Under the pieces are notes generated by a model that was given only the letters and a program-made list of their open reading frames with translations, did no database searches and was not told the DNA's origin. From Polyangiales bacterium (GTDB taxonomy: Bacteria; Myxococcota_A; Polyangia; Polyangiales; Ga0077539), in contig JBGARZ010000001.1 in assembly GCA_044229975.1 (NCBI GenBank), positions 480,001-544,000 on the forward strand: DNA of 64,000 nt. Direction: 5' to 3'. Both the position numbers and the translations under genes were made by a program. Within the stretch, counting starts at the first letter, position 1. Every line of letters begins with the position of its first letter. Of this stretch, positions 55,507-64,000 are shown one piece after another.

Positions 55507-56751
55507 GTGCGACGCGTCCTCCTCTTCGTCGGCCTCGCGCTCGCCTGCCGCCGACCGCGCCCTGCGCCTGTCACGCCGCCGCCCGTGGTGACGGAGGTCG
55601 ACGCCGGGCCGCCGCCCATCGTGCTGGAGACGCCGCCGCCCGCCGCGCCGCCGCGGATGTTTCGCTTCGACGCGAGGCACACCGGGCGCAGCGGGTACCG
55701 CCTCCCGCGACGGCCGCAGATCGTCGCCCACTTCGCGACGCGCGCGCGCATCACGTCGCAGCCGGTGGTGAGCTCGCGCGGGGCGGTGGTGGTGACCTCC
55801 CACGACGGCGTGGTGTACGGGCTCGCGCGCGACGGCTCGCTGACCTGGCAGGTGAACACCGGCGACCGCGTCTACACGACGCCGCTCGTTCGCGATGACG
55901 GCACCATGGTGCTCGGCACCGACGCCGACCGGGTGGTGGTGCTCGGCCCCAACGGGACGCTCCAGCTCGCGCTCGGAACCACCGACGACGCCGACACCTC
56001 ACCGGCCGCTGCGGCGGATGGGTCGCTGCGCTTCGGGGCGGGACACTCGCTCTACGCGACAGAGGCCGACCTCACGGTGCGATGGCGGCTCGACCTCGGT
56101 GGAAAGGTGTTTTCGTCGCCCGCGGTGACCGCGGATGGCGTCGCGGTGATGGGCTCGCAGGACGACCGCGTGCGCGCGATCGACCCGGACGGGGGCGTTC
56201 GGTGGACGCTCGCGACGGGTGACGACGTGGACGCGCCGCCCGCGATCGGCGACGACGGGACGGTGTACGTGGGCGGCGACGACGGGGCGCTGCGGGCCAT
56301 CGCGGCTGACGGCACCGAGCGGTGGCAGCGACGGCTCGGCGGCTATGTGCGCGCGGGCGTGGCGCTGGGCCTGGACGGATCGCTGGTGGTGGGCACCTAC
56401 GGTCCGCGGGCGCAGGTGGTGGCCGTCGACCGGGCGACGGGTGAGGAGCGCTGGCATCGGGCGGTGCCGGGTCCGCCGACGCGGGACTACGGCGTGGCGT
56501 CGAGCGCGCTGGTGGACGTCCATGGGTCGTACGCGGTGGGCGTACCCGACGACGCGCTGTGGTTTCTCGGGCGGGACGGTGGGTTGCTCGCGCGGGTGAC
56601 GCTGCCCGCGGATGTCGACAGCAGCCCCGCCCTCATCGACGACGGAATTCTGGTGGTGGGCTGCGATGATGGGGTGGTGTATTTCATCGGGGACGGTCCC
56701 GCGGCCGATGGCGGATCAGGCGCGCAAACACCACGAGGGGACGACCGATGA
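55507..56751 (+). CDS. PQQ-like beta-propeller repeat lipoprotein
   Basis: Lipobox LALAC and repeated SSPA...DG....GS.D....A....G...W units. Confidence 0.85.
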   Translation: MRRVLLFVGLALACRRPRPAPVTPPPVVTEVDAGPPPIVLETPPPAAPPRMFRFDARHTGRSGYRLPRRPQIVAHFATRARITSQPVVSSRGAVVVTSHDGVVYGLARDGSLTWQVNTGDRVYTTPLVRDDGTMVLGTDADRVVVLGPNGTLQLALGTTDDADTSPAAAADGSLRFGAGHSLYATEADLTVRWRLDLGGKVFSSPAVTADGVAVMGSQDDRVRAIDPDGGVRWTLATGDDVDAPPAIGDDGTVYVGGDDGALRAIAADGTERWQRRLGGYVRAGVALGLDGSLVVGTYGPRAQVVAVDRATGEERWHRAVPGPPTRDYGVASSALVDVHGSYAVGVPDDALWFLGRDGGLLARVTLPADVDSSPALIDDGILVVGCDDGVVYFIGDGPAADGGSGAQTPRGDDR

Positions 56752-58025
56752 GTGACACGACCACCGAGCGCGAATGGAACCGCACCCGAGGCAGCGCGCC
56801 CAACGTCCTGGCGATGGTGCTGGCGGGCGGCGAGGGGCGACGGCTGTCGCCGTTGACGTTGGAGCGCGCGAAGCCCGCGGTGCCCTTCGGCGGGCGCTAC
56901 CGGATCATCGACGTGGTGCTCTCCAACCTGGTCAACTCCAACATCTCCCGCATCAAGGTGCTGACCCAGTACAAGTCGGCGTCGCTGGAGGAGCACATCG
57001 CGCGGGCGTGGCGGCTGTCGCCCATCCTCGACGGCTTCATCGAGACCATCCCGGCGCAGCAGCGCACGGGGCTGTCGTGGTTCAAGGGCAGCGCCGACGC
57101 GGTGTGGCAGTGCTTCAACGCCATCGAAGACGCCAACCCCGACTTCGTGGCGATCTTCGGCGGCGACCACATCTACAAGATGGACGTTCGGCCGATGCTC
57201 GATCGGCACTTCGACACGCACGCCGACCTCACCGTCGCGGGCATCCCGGTGCCCACCGCCGACGCGCTCGGCTTCGGGGTGCTCCAGGTCGACGAGGAGG
57301 GCCGCGTCATCGACTTCGTGGAGAAGTCGCGCAACCCGCCAGAGATTCCTGGGCGCCCTGGTTGGGTGCTCGCCTCGATGGGCAACTACATCTTCACGAC
57401 GGGGGTGCTCGCCGAGGAGCTCCAGCGCGACTCGCAGGAGGAGGACAGCGCCCACGACTTCGGCAAGAGCATCCTGCCAGCGATGGTCCAGTCGGGGCGG
57501 CGGGTGATGCTCTTCGACTACGGCACCAACGAGATTCCCGGCGAGGGCCCCACCACCTACTGGCGCGATATCGGGACCATCCAGGCGTACTTCGACGCGC
57601 ACATGGACCTCGTGGAGATCAAGCCGGAGTTCAACCTCTACAACCGGCGCTGGCCCATTCGCACGGGGATGAGCTTCGACCCGCCGGCGAAGTTCGTGTT
57701 CAGCGACCAGACGACGGCGCGCGTGGGGAGCGCGACGGACTCGCTGGTGAGCGACGGGTGCATCATCTCCGGCGGGCTCATCCACCGCGCGGTGCTCTCG
57801 GCGGGCGTGCGGGTCAACTCCTTCTCCCACGTCGAGCAGTGCGTGCTGCTGGAGCGCGTGCAGGTGGGCCGCCACGCGCGGCTGCGGCGGGTCATCGTCG
57901 ACAAGGACGTGGAGATCCCCGCCGGGATGCAGATCGGCTTCGACCTCGAAGAAGACCGCAAGCGCTTCACCGTCACCGACGAGGGCCTCGTGGTCATCCC
58001 GAAGCGCGCCCGCCTCACGGGCTGA
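56748..58025 (+). CDS. glgC: Glucose-1-phosphate adenylyltransferase
   Basis: LAGGEGRRLSPLT, RAKPAVPFGGRYR, GGDHIYKMD, FVEK, ASMGNY, DFGK, YWRDIGT. Confidence 0.97.
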   Translation: MSDTTTEREWNRTRGSAPNVLAMVLAGGEGRRLSPLTLERAKPAVPFGGRYRIIDVVLSNLVNSNISRIKVLTQYKSASLEEHIARAWRLSPILDGFIETIPAQQRTGLSWFKGSADAVWQCFNAIEDANPDFVAIFGGDHIYKMDVRPMLDRHFDTHADLTVAGIPVPTADALGFGVLQVDEEGRVIDFVEKSRNPPEIPGRPGWVLASMGNYIFTTGVLAEELQRDSQEEDSAHDFGKSILPAMVQSGRRVMLFDYGTNEIPGEGPTTYWRDIGTIQAYFDAHMDLVEIKPEFNLYNRRWPIRTGMSFDPPAKFVFSDQTTARVGSATDSLVSDGCIISGGLIHRAVLSAGVRVNSFSHVEQCVLLERVQVGRHARLRRVIVDKDVEIPAGMQIGFDLEEDRKRFTVTDEGLVVIPKRARLTG

Positions 58026-58057
58026 CCTCCCTCCTCCGACTGGTCTACGATCGCCCG

Positions 58058-58779
58058 ATGGTGGCGGGCGCGACCGATTTCCAATTGCTCTTCGAGGCGT
58101 CCCCGGACGTGCTGCTGGTGCTCCTGCCAGACGCGCCCCGCTACACGATGGTGGCCGCGACCCGGGCCCGTCTCGCAGCCACCGGGACGACCCTCGAAGA
58201 GACCATCGGCCGCGGGCTCTTCGAGGCCTTCCCGGACAACCCCGACGACCCCGAGGCCACCGGCACGGCCAACCTCCGCGCCTCGCTCGACCGCGCCGTC
58301 GCGACGCGCGCCCCCGACACGATGGCGGTGCAGAAGTACGACATCCGCGGCGCCGACGGCGCCTTCGCGGTGAAGTACTGGAGCCCCAAGAACATCCCGG
58401 TGCTCTCACCCAACGGCGACGTGATGTACCTCCTGCACCGGGTCGAGGACGTCACCGAGCTGGTGCGCGCGAGCGACGAGGGCGAGGTGCTGCGCGACCG
58501 CACGCGCGCCATGGAGGGCGAGGTCATCGCCCGCAGCCGCGAGCTGTCGAACGCCGTGCGCGAACTCCGCGACGCCAACGCGAAGCTGGGCGAGCTCGAC
58601 GCGGCGAAGACGGCGTTCTTCAGCAACGTGAGCCACGAGTTTCGTACGGCGCCCACGTCTCGGTCGAGAGCGCCATTGGCCACGGGACCACCTTTCGCGT
58701 CGCCCTCCTCCGCGGATACGCGCACCTCCCGCCCGAGTTCACGCTCCCCGCCGTCACGCCTTCCGCGCCACCAGTCTGA
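58058..58779 (+). pseudogene. PAS-domain sensor histidine kinase remnant with internal deletion/frameshift
   Basis: PAS and coiled coil up to the H-box AKTAFFSNVSHEFRT (58648), then, in another frame, the HATPase_c tail GAHVSVESAIGHGTTFRVAL...AHLP. N, G1, F and G2 boxes are missing. Confidence 0.8.
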
Positions 58780-59578
58780 ACAGCGGCGCCACGCTCACCC
58801 GCACCGCGCCCCACCGCCTCGCGGCGCCACGCAACCACGGCGCCCTTGGCACCCGCGCATCCCACCAACGCTCGGCGTCGTCGCGGGCGCTGTCGATGAC
58901 CGTGAGCCCGTCGCGCGCGAGCCAGCGCTCGACCACTCCCCCGACCGGCAGCACGCCCACCTCGTAGCGGGGAAAGCCTCGCACGCGCGTCACATAGAGC
59001 TCGCCCAGCCAGTGGGGCAGCACGCTCACCCCGGCGAGCTGGTAGTGCGGGTCGCTCCGCAGCAGCGACGGCGACAACCGATTGGGGCCGAAGAGATAGA
59101 GGGTCCCGCCGGGGCGCAGCACGCGGGCGATCTCGCGCACGGCGGCGCGGGCGTCGGCGACGTGCTCGATGACGTCGACGAAGGTGACCACGTCGAAGCT
59201 CGCGTCCGCGAAGGGCAGGCGCTCGGCGACCGCCACCGCGAAGGTCGGCGCCACGCCGTGACCGCGCGCCCTGATGCGCGCCCCCTCGATGAGCTTCTCG
59301 TCGACGTCGACGCCCGTCACGGCCGCGCCGCGCTTGCACAGCGCGATGGGCAGCGACCCGGCCTGGCAGCCGACGTCGAGCACCCGTCGTCCGCGCAGGG
59401 ACACGAAGCCGTCCACCTCGGCGGCGATGCCCTCGTTGCGGGCGATCTGCGAGCGCTCCATCGCGGCCCAGCGCTCGCGCTGCGGGTCGGCCGGGTCGAG
59501 CAGCGCACGCTCCCAGTACCGGATGAACGCGTCGTCGGGACCGTCCCCCGCGCGGGCTTCGGCGTCATTGTCGGGCAT
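58754..59578 (-). CDS. Class I SAM-dependent methyltransferase
   Basis: VLDVGCQAG, TGVDVD, AERLPFADASFDVV, VIEHV, RVLRPGG. Confidence 0.92.
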   Translation of the reverse strand: MPDNDAEARAGDGPDDAFIRYWERALLDPADPQRERWAAMERSQIARNEGIAAEVDGFVSLRGRRVLDVGCQAGSLPIALCKRGAAVTGVDVDEKLIEGARIRARGHGVAPTFAVAVAERLPFADASFDVVTFVDVIEHVADARAAVREIARVLRPGGTLYLFGPNRLSPSLLRSDPHYQLAGVSVLPHWLGELYVTRVRGFPRYEVGVLPVGGVVERWLARDGLTVIDSARDDAERWWDARVPRAPWLRGAARRWGAVRVSVAPLFRLVARKA

Positions 59579-61559
59579 GGGGCGCTTACGGTACACGGTC
59601 GGCATCGTGGCGACGACCGCAGCCTGGGCCTCCCTCGCGCTCACCCTCTACCTGCTGCCGCACGCGGTGTTCGTGCTGTGGCTCCAGCGCTGGCGTCCCG
59701 CCGGTGCGTGGGCCCGCAGCCTCGACGTGGCCTCCGCCGTCGCGCTCGACCTGATGCTGGTGCTCGCCCTCTCGTGGCTCGTGCCCTTCGACCGCGCCGT
59801 GCTCGCCGTCCGGGCGCTCGCGCTCGTCGCGCTGCCGCTGGTGTTCGTGCGCGCGCCCAGGGCCCAGCCCCGCCCTCACCTCGCGGCCGTCGTCGCGCTG
59901 CTCGCGCTCGCCGCAGGTGTGGTCGCGCTCCACGTCACCCTCTCGTGGCGACTGGTGATGTGGGACCGCGACTGGCACATCACCATCGCGTCGGCCATCC
60001 GCACCTCGCGCCTGCCCTTCGAGAACGTCTTCCTCCCTACGACGCAGCTCCGCTACCACTACCTCGGCGACGCCCACGCCGCGATGCTCCAGGTGCTCTC
60101 GCTCGACCACCTGCACCCCGCGACGACCTTCTCCCTCGCCCACGACCTCTTCCTCTTCGGCGCCTCCGCGCTGCTCGTCGTGGCCGCCGCGTCGGCGGGC
60201 CTCAAGCCCTACGGTCTCGGCGACCCGAAGCTCTCCCTGAAGAGCCTCCTCGCGTGGCCCACGGCGCTCGCGCTCCCGCTGGCGCTGCTCTTCGCGAGCC
60301 CCTTCACGCTGGGCAACGTCCCCGCCGCCGAGCGCTTTACCACCCTCGACTCGGCGGCCCTGTGCGGGCACTCGTTCCTCGGCTTCACCACCCTCGCCTA
60401 TCGACCGCATGTGGTGATGGCGACCTTCTTCCTCGTGGCCATCGCGTCGTCGGTGCTGCGGCGCGCGCAACCCGACGCGGACGACACCGAGTCCCCCCGC
60501 AGCGCCCTCGTGCTGCTCGCCTCCGCCGCCGCGCTCGCGCTCCTCGACGAGGCCTCCCTCGCCCTCGTCGCAGGCGCCCTCGGCGTCACCTGGGTCTTCG
60601 TCCCACGCGCCATCCAGCCCACCCGCCTCCGCGGTCTGCTCGTCATCGTCGGCGTCGCCGCGGCGCTCCCGCTCATCAGCCGCGCCTTCGCCGGATCGCT
60701 CTCCCCGGGCGGCCCCGCCAACGTCGTCGAGGTCGTCGCCGCGCGGCACATCGCGCTCTTCTCGGGCGTCGTCCCCTTCGCCGAACGGACGCGCTTCCTC
60801 AAGGTCGCCGCCAACGACTGGCTGCCCTTCTACGCGACAGTCCTCGGCCTCGCCCTCACGGCGGCCTGGACGCGTCGTCGCGAGGCCGTCGCGGCCTTCG
60901 TGTTCGTCGGCTCGCTCACCGTCGCGGCGGTGCTCGCGTCACTCAAGATCGAGGTCAACCACGACCCAGGCGAGGGGCACCGCTTCCTCACGGCGGCCAT
61001 GGTGCTCACCGCGGCCGTCGGCGCATTCGTGGTGGGTGCACAGCGCGGCGCGTTCGTCGTGCGCGCGGCCCTCGCGGCGGCCCTCACGGCGAGCGCGCTC
61101 TCGGGCTGGGCGTGGAGCGGGAGCTTCCTGCGACAGCGGTTTCAGCCCAACAACATCCCGCGCGAGCGGGCGTGGGCGGGCGCGGCCGACCCCTTCGTGA
61201 TGGACTGCCACACGGACGTCGGAGCGCCCCGCCGCGAGCGGCCGCCGGTGGAGTACGTCGAGGCGCCCATCGCGGTGCGCTACACGGGCTGCGAGCGCGT
61301 TCGCCTGCCGGGGCGACCGTCGGTGTGGAGCCTCACGGTGGTGGGCCCGACCTTCGGCGGCGAGGCGCGGGCACAGCTCCGGCCCGCGCCCGAGGCCGAT
61401 CAGCCGCGCGCCGTGGTGTGCGGTCGCGACCCGGTGGGCCGTGAGCGCGTCTGCGCGTGGGCGCTGCGAACGCTTCGCTGCGCGGCGATCGGTGGTGGGG
61501 TGATGACTCGGTGTGAGCTCCCGCCGGAGCGGCGGGCGACGTTCTACGAGGAGCTGTAG
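59577..61559 (+). CDS. Polytopic membrane protein (possibly GT-C fold)
   Basis: More than 10 hydrophobic segments and a loop WDRDWH...LRYHYLGD. Start may be GTG 59607. Confidence 0.65.
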   Translation: MGRLRYTVGIVATTAAWASLALTLYLLPHAVFVLWLQRWRPAGAWARSLDVASAVALDLMLVLALSWLVPFDRAVLAVRALALVALPLVFVRAPRAQPRPHLAAVVALLALAAGVVALHVTLSWRLVMWDRDWHITIASAIRTSRLPFENVFLPTTQLRYHYLGDAHAAMLQVLSLDHLHPATTFSLAHDLFLFGASALLVVAAASAGLKPYGLGDPKLSLKSLLAWPTALALPLALLFASPFTLGNVPAAERFTTLDSAALCGHSFLGFTTLAYRPHVVMATFFLVAIASSVLRRAQPDADDTESPRSALVLLASAAALALLDEASLALVAGALGVTWVFVPRAIQPTRLRGLLVIVGVAAALPLISRAFAGSLSPGGPANVVEVVAARHIALFSGVVPFAERTRFLKVAANDWLPFYATVLGLALTAAWTRRREAVAAFVFVGSLTVAAVLASLKIEVNHDPGEGHRFLTAAMVLTAAVGAFVVGAQRGAFVVRAALAAALTASALSGWAWSGSFLRQRFQPNNIPRERAWAGAADPFVMDCHTDVGAPRRERPPVEYVEAPIAVRYTGCERVRLPGRPSVWSLTVVGPTFGGEARAQLRPAPEADQPRAVVCGRDPVGRERVCAWALRTLRCAAIGGGVMTRCELPPERRATFYEEL

Positions 61560-61572
61560 AGCGGAGGGTCGG

Positions 61573-62424
61573 TCAGCGCGGGCAGGTGCCGCCCGCGAGC
61601 GGGTCGGTGTTGAATCCGGGCGGCGAGCAGAAGGGGTTGGATCCCGAGCAGAGGCGGCAGTCGACGTTGAAGTCCTGTCCGAGGCGGCAGGCGCCGGCGC
61701 CGCCGAGCGCGTTGCCGCCGCGGCAGTCAGGGCCGCGGTAGAGCGAATCGGGCGCGTCGGAGTCCGGCGGGAAGTTGATGAGCCCGCCGCAGGTGACCCT
61801 CACCGGAAACAAGAACGGCGTGGACTCGACGCCGTTTTGCCCGAGGGACTCACCGAAGGCCGTGAGCTTCACGATGATGCGCCGATCGGCCGACTCGTAC
61901 CGCGGCACCGGACACTCCGCGGTGGTCGGCACCGAGGTGTTGACGCGGCAGACCACGGGCTTGAGCGCGGCGACGATCTGGGGCGGAATCACCTCGATGG
62001 TGCCGACGCCGTAGCCCGGGGTGCCGGCGGCGAGGGACGGGGGCACCGCGATGTTCTGGTAGACCGAGAACGCCGGCTGGATGAGCGTGCCGTCGGGAGA
62101 GCCTTCGCGGAGCTCGACGACGAAACCCTGGACGTTGAGGAAGTTCGTCTCCGGGCGCCGCTGATCCATGTTGGCGGTGGTGATCAGTTGGTTGGCGAGG
62201 AGGGGCGAGACGACGTAGTTCGGTGCCAACGCCACGTCGAGCACGCCGCCGGGAATGAAGGGGGCGGACGGGTCATTGGTGACTCCGCATCCGGTCCCGG
62301 ACACCACCGGCGCCTGGATCTGCCGAATGAACAACGACACGGTGTTGTCGACGCAACCCATCAAGGTCGAGCCGAGGACGAGCGCACCGAGCAGGGGTCG
62401 CGACGCGTTGGACCAGTTCCACAT
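61573..62424 (-). CDS. Cys-rich hypothetical lipoprotein
   Basis: Lipobox LMGC and multiple Cys. Confidence 0.75.
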   Translation of the reverse strand: MWNWSNASRPLLGALVLGSTLMGCVDNTVSLFIRQIQAPVVSGTGCGVTNDPSAPFIPGGVLDVALAPNYVVSPLLANQLITTANMDQRRPETNFLNVQGFVVELREGSPDGTLIQPAFSVYQNIAVPPSLAAGTPGYGVGTIEVIPPQIVAALKPVVCRVNTSVPTTAECPVPRYESADRRIIVKLTAFGESLGQNGVESTPFLFPVRVTCGGLINFPPDSDAPDSLYRGPDCRGGNALGGAGACRLGQDFNVDCRLCSGSNPFCSPPGFNTDPLAGGTCPR

Positions 62425-62453
62425 GCGCCGATGATAGGGCAGCCCAAGGAGCG

Positions 62454-64000
62454 CTACCGAATTTCGTTCACCTTCCGGAGGACGCGCGTCACTTCCGCGG
62501 TCGGGACGGCGCACATCACCCCCTGCCCGGGCCCCGTCGGCAGGGCCACGCGCAGCGCCGATCCCTCGCGCTTTTTGTCGTAGATCAAAGCGTTTTTCGC
62601 GCTCGCGCGGTCGGCCTTGACGTACCGCGCGAGCCCCAGCGTGTCCATCAGCCCCTCGACCCTCCGTCGGAGCTCTCGCGGCGTCACCCCGAGCGCCTCG
62701 CCGAGACCGAGCTCGGCCCGCATCCCGGCCGCCACACAGTCCCCGTGCAGCGCGCGGTACGCGGCTCCGACCTCCAGCGCATGGCCGACGGTGTGCCCGA
62801 AGTTGAGCAGCCCCCGCACGCCCGCCTCGCGCTCGTCCTGCGCCACGACATCGATCTTCGCCTGCACCGCGCGGCGCACCATGTCCTCGATCACGTTGCC
62901 GGTCAGCAGCGCCTCGGTGTCCGGTCGTCCGCGCAACGCATCGGTGTGCGCTTCGAGCCACTCCAGCAGCGAGGCATCGCAGACCGCGGCGATCTTCACG
63001 ACCTCGGCGAGCGCCGCCCGGTAGTGGCGCGCCGGGAGCGTCGAGAGCGTGAGCGGATCGATCCACACCAGCGACGGCTGGTGAAAGGCGCCGACGAGGT
63101 TCTTGCCGATGGGGAGGTCAACGCCCGTCTTCCCTCCGACCGCCGCGTCGACCATGGCCAGCAGGCTCGTCGGCAGCGAGATGTACCGCACGCCGCGCAA
63201 CCACGTCGCCGCGGCGAACCCGCCGATGTCGGTCACCACACCGCCGCCCACGCACGCGATGACGTCGCCGCGATCGGCACCGCGCAACCCGACTGCTTCC
63301 CACACCCGCGCGACCGAGCGCAGCGTCTTGCTCCGCTCACCGGGTCGCAACTTCACGTTCGCGGTGTTCCAGGCTGCCCCTTGCGACACCACAACGCCCC
63401 AACGAGGGAAGACGTTGGCGTCCGTCACCATCACCGAGGGACGCACCGGCTCGTCGCGGAGTCCCTTGAAAGACTCCACGTGCACCCGATAGCTCTGCTC
63501 GCCCAACGGCATCACCAGCGGCAACGCCCTCGTCGCGAGCGCCACCACCCGCGCCGCGACCGCCGCCACATCACCGCTCGCGTCGAGGCTCGCGTGCGCC
63601 TCGGCGTACGCCGCGCGTCGCCCGGCGAGCAGCGCCTCCAGCGAGGTCTCCTTCAACAACGGACGCACGACCCCCAACGCGAGCCGTCCGCGCAACGTCT
63701 CGACCGACGCCCGCAACGTGATCACCCGCGCGCGTCGCAGCGCCTCGTGCCGCAGCGTCCGGTCGACCAGCGCGCCACCGCCGACGGCGATCACCACGCG
63801 CTCTCCATCGAGCGCCGAGCGCAGCACCCGCGCCTCTCGCGCGCGGAAGCCCACCTCCCCTTCACGCGCGAAGACCTCCGCGACGCTCGTCCCCGCGTCG
63901 CGCTCGACCTCCGCGTCGAGGTCGACGAAGCGCCATCCCAGCAGTCGCGCGACCTCCGCGCCGACCGTGCTCTTGCCCACTCCCGGTGGTCCGGAGAGCA
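62454..64000 (-). CDS. aroKB: Bifunctional shikimate kinase / 3-dehydroquinate synthase (5' end outside the window)
   Basis: GPPGVGKST, FVDLD, GEVGFRARE, GGG (AroK). GERSKT, GGGVVTDIGGF, PTSLLAMVDAAVGGKTG, KNLVGAFHQP, LNFGHTVGHA, HGDCV, DKK (AroB). Confidence 0.95.
   Translation of the reverse strand, partial: LSGPPGVGKSTVGAEVARLLGWRFVDLDAEVERDAGTSVAEVFAREGEVGFRAREARVLRSALDGERVVIAVGGGALVDRTLRHEALRRARVITLRASVETLRGRLALGVVRPLLKETSLEALLAGRRAAYAEAHASLDASGDVAAVAARVVALATRALPLVMPLGEQSYRVHVESFKGLRDEPVRPSVMVTDANVFPRWGVVVSQGAAWNTANVKLRPGERSKTLRSVARVWEAVGLRGADRGDVIACVGGGVVTDIGGFAAATWLRGVRYISLPTSLLAMVDAAVGGKTGVDLPIGKNLVGAFHQPSLVWIDPLTLSTLPARHYRAALAEVVKIAAVCDASLLEWLEAHTDALRGRPDTEALLTGNVIEDMVRRAVQAKIDVVAQDEREAGVRGLLNFGHTVGHALEVGAAYRALHGDCVAAGMRAELGLGEALGVTPRELRRRVEGLMDTLGLARYVKADRASAKNALIYDKKREGSALRVALPTGPGQGVMCAVPTAEVTRVLRKVNEIR

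Noticed and set aside
56774..61444. 1556-aa ORF as a single giant protein
   Set aside because: Only 58058-58648 is protein-like (PAS/H-box). The rest is off-frame glgC, antisense methyltransferase and off-frame membrane gene.
1..64000. rRNA, tRNA, transposase, integrase, retron RT or prophage genes
   Set aside because: No recognisable signatures were seen by eye, and intergenic gaps are short. A covariance-model scan was not possible.

Overview
High-GC (roughly 70%+) bacterial DNA, densely coding, with about 41 genes. The gene content is typical of Myxococcota, probably Polyangiales/Sandaracinaceae-like (an inference from the Ser/Thr kinases, TSP3-OmpA, RCC1 and SUMF1 proteins, and short OPX). 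No rRNA, tRNA, CRISPR array or transposase was seen. Left end: a minus-strand operon of two tandem lipoxygenases (one canonical, one with a remodelled active site), a giant Ser/Thr kinase-P-loop NTPase-GAF-class III nucleotidyl cyclase with non-canonical base-specificity residues, and a DUF1232 gene. This is a candidate oxylipin/cyclic-nucleotide signalling system. Next come OmpA-TSP3, an SDR, trmL, a sigma-54-preceded small ORF plus cyclic beta-1,2-glucan synthase, grxD, an NTT-HEAT-cNMP fusion coupled to a kinase-WD40, a 54-bp inverted-repeat element, a TPR-AAA ATPase and a C45 hydrolase. The right half holds a divergent exopolysaccharide cluster (GT4s, acetyltransferase, SGNH / beta-barrel-PCP-short OPX), slyD, a metallophosphoesterase resembling the eukaryotic lariat debranching enzyme Dbr1, a P450, glgC, an internally deleted PAS histidine kinase, and a partial aroKB. 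Many genes have a TANNNT hexamer 6-10 nt before the start codon with no Shine-Dalgarno, suggesting frequent leaderless expression. All family assignments come from motifs read by eye; no database searches were run.
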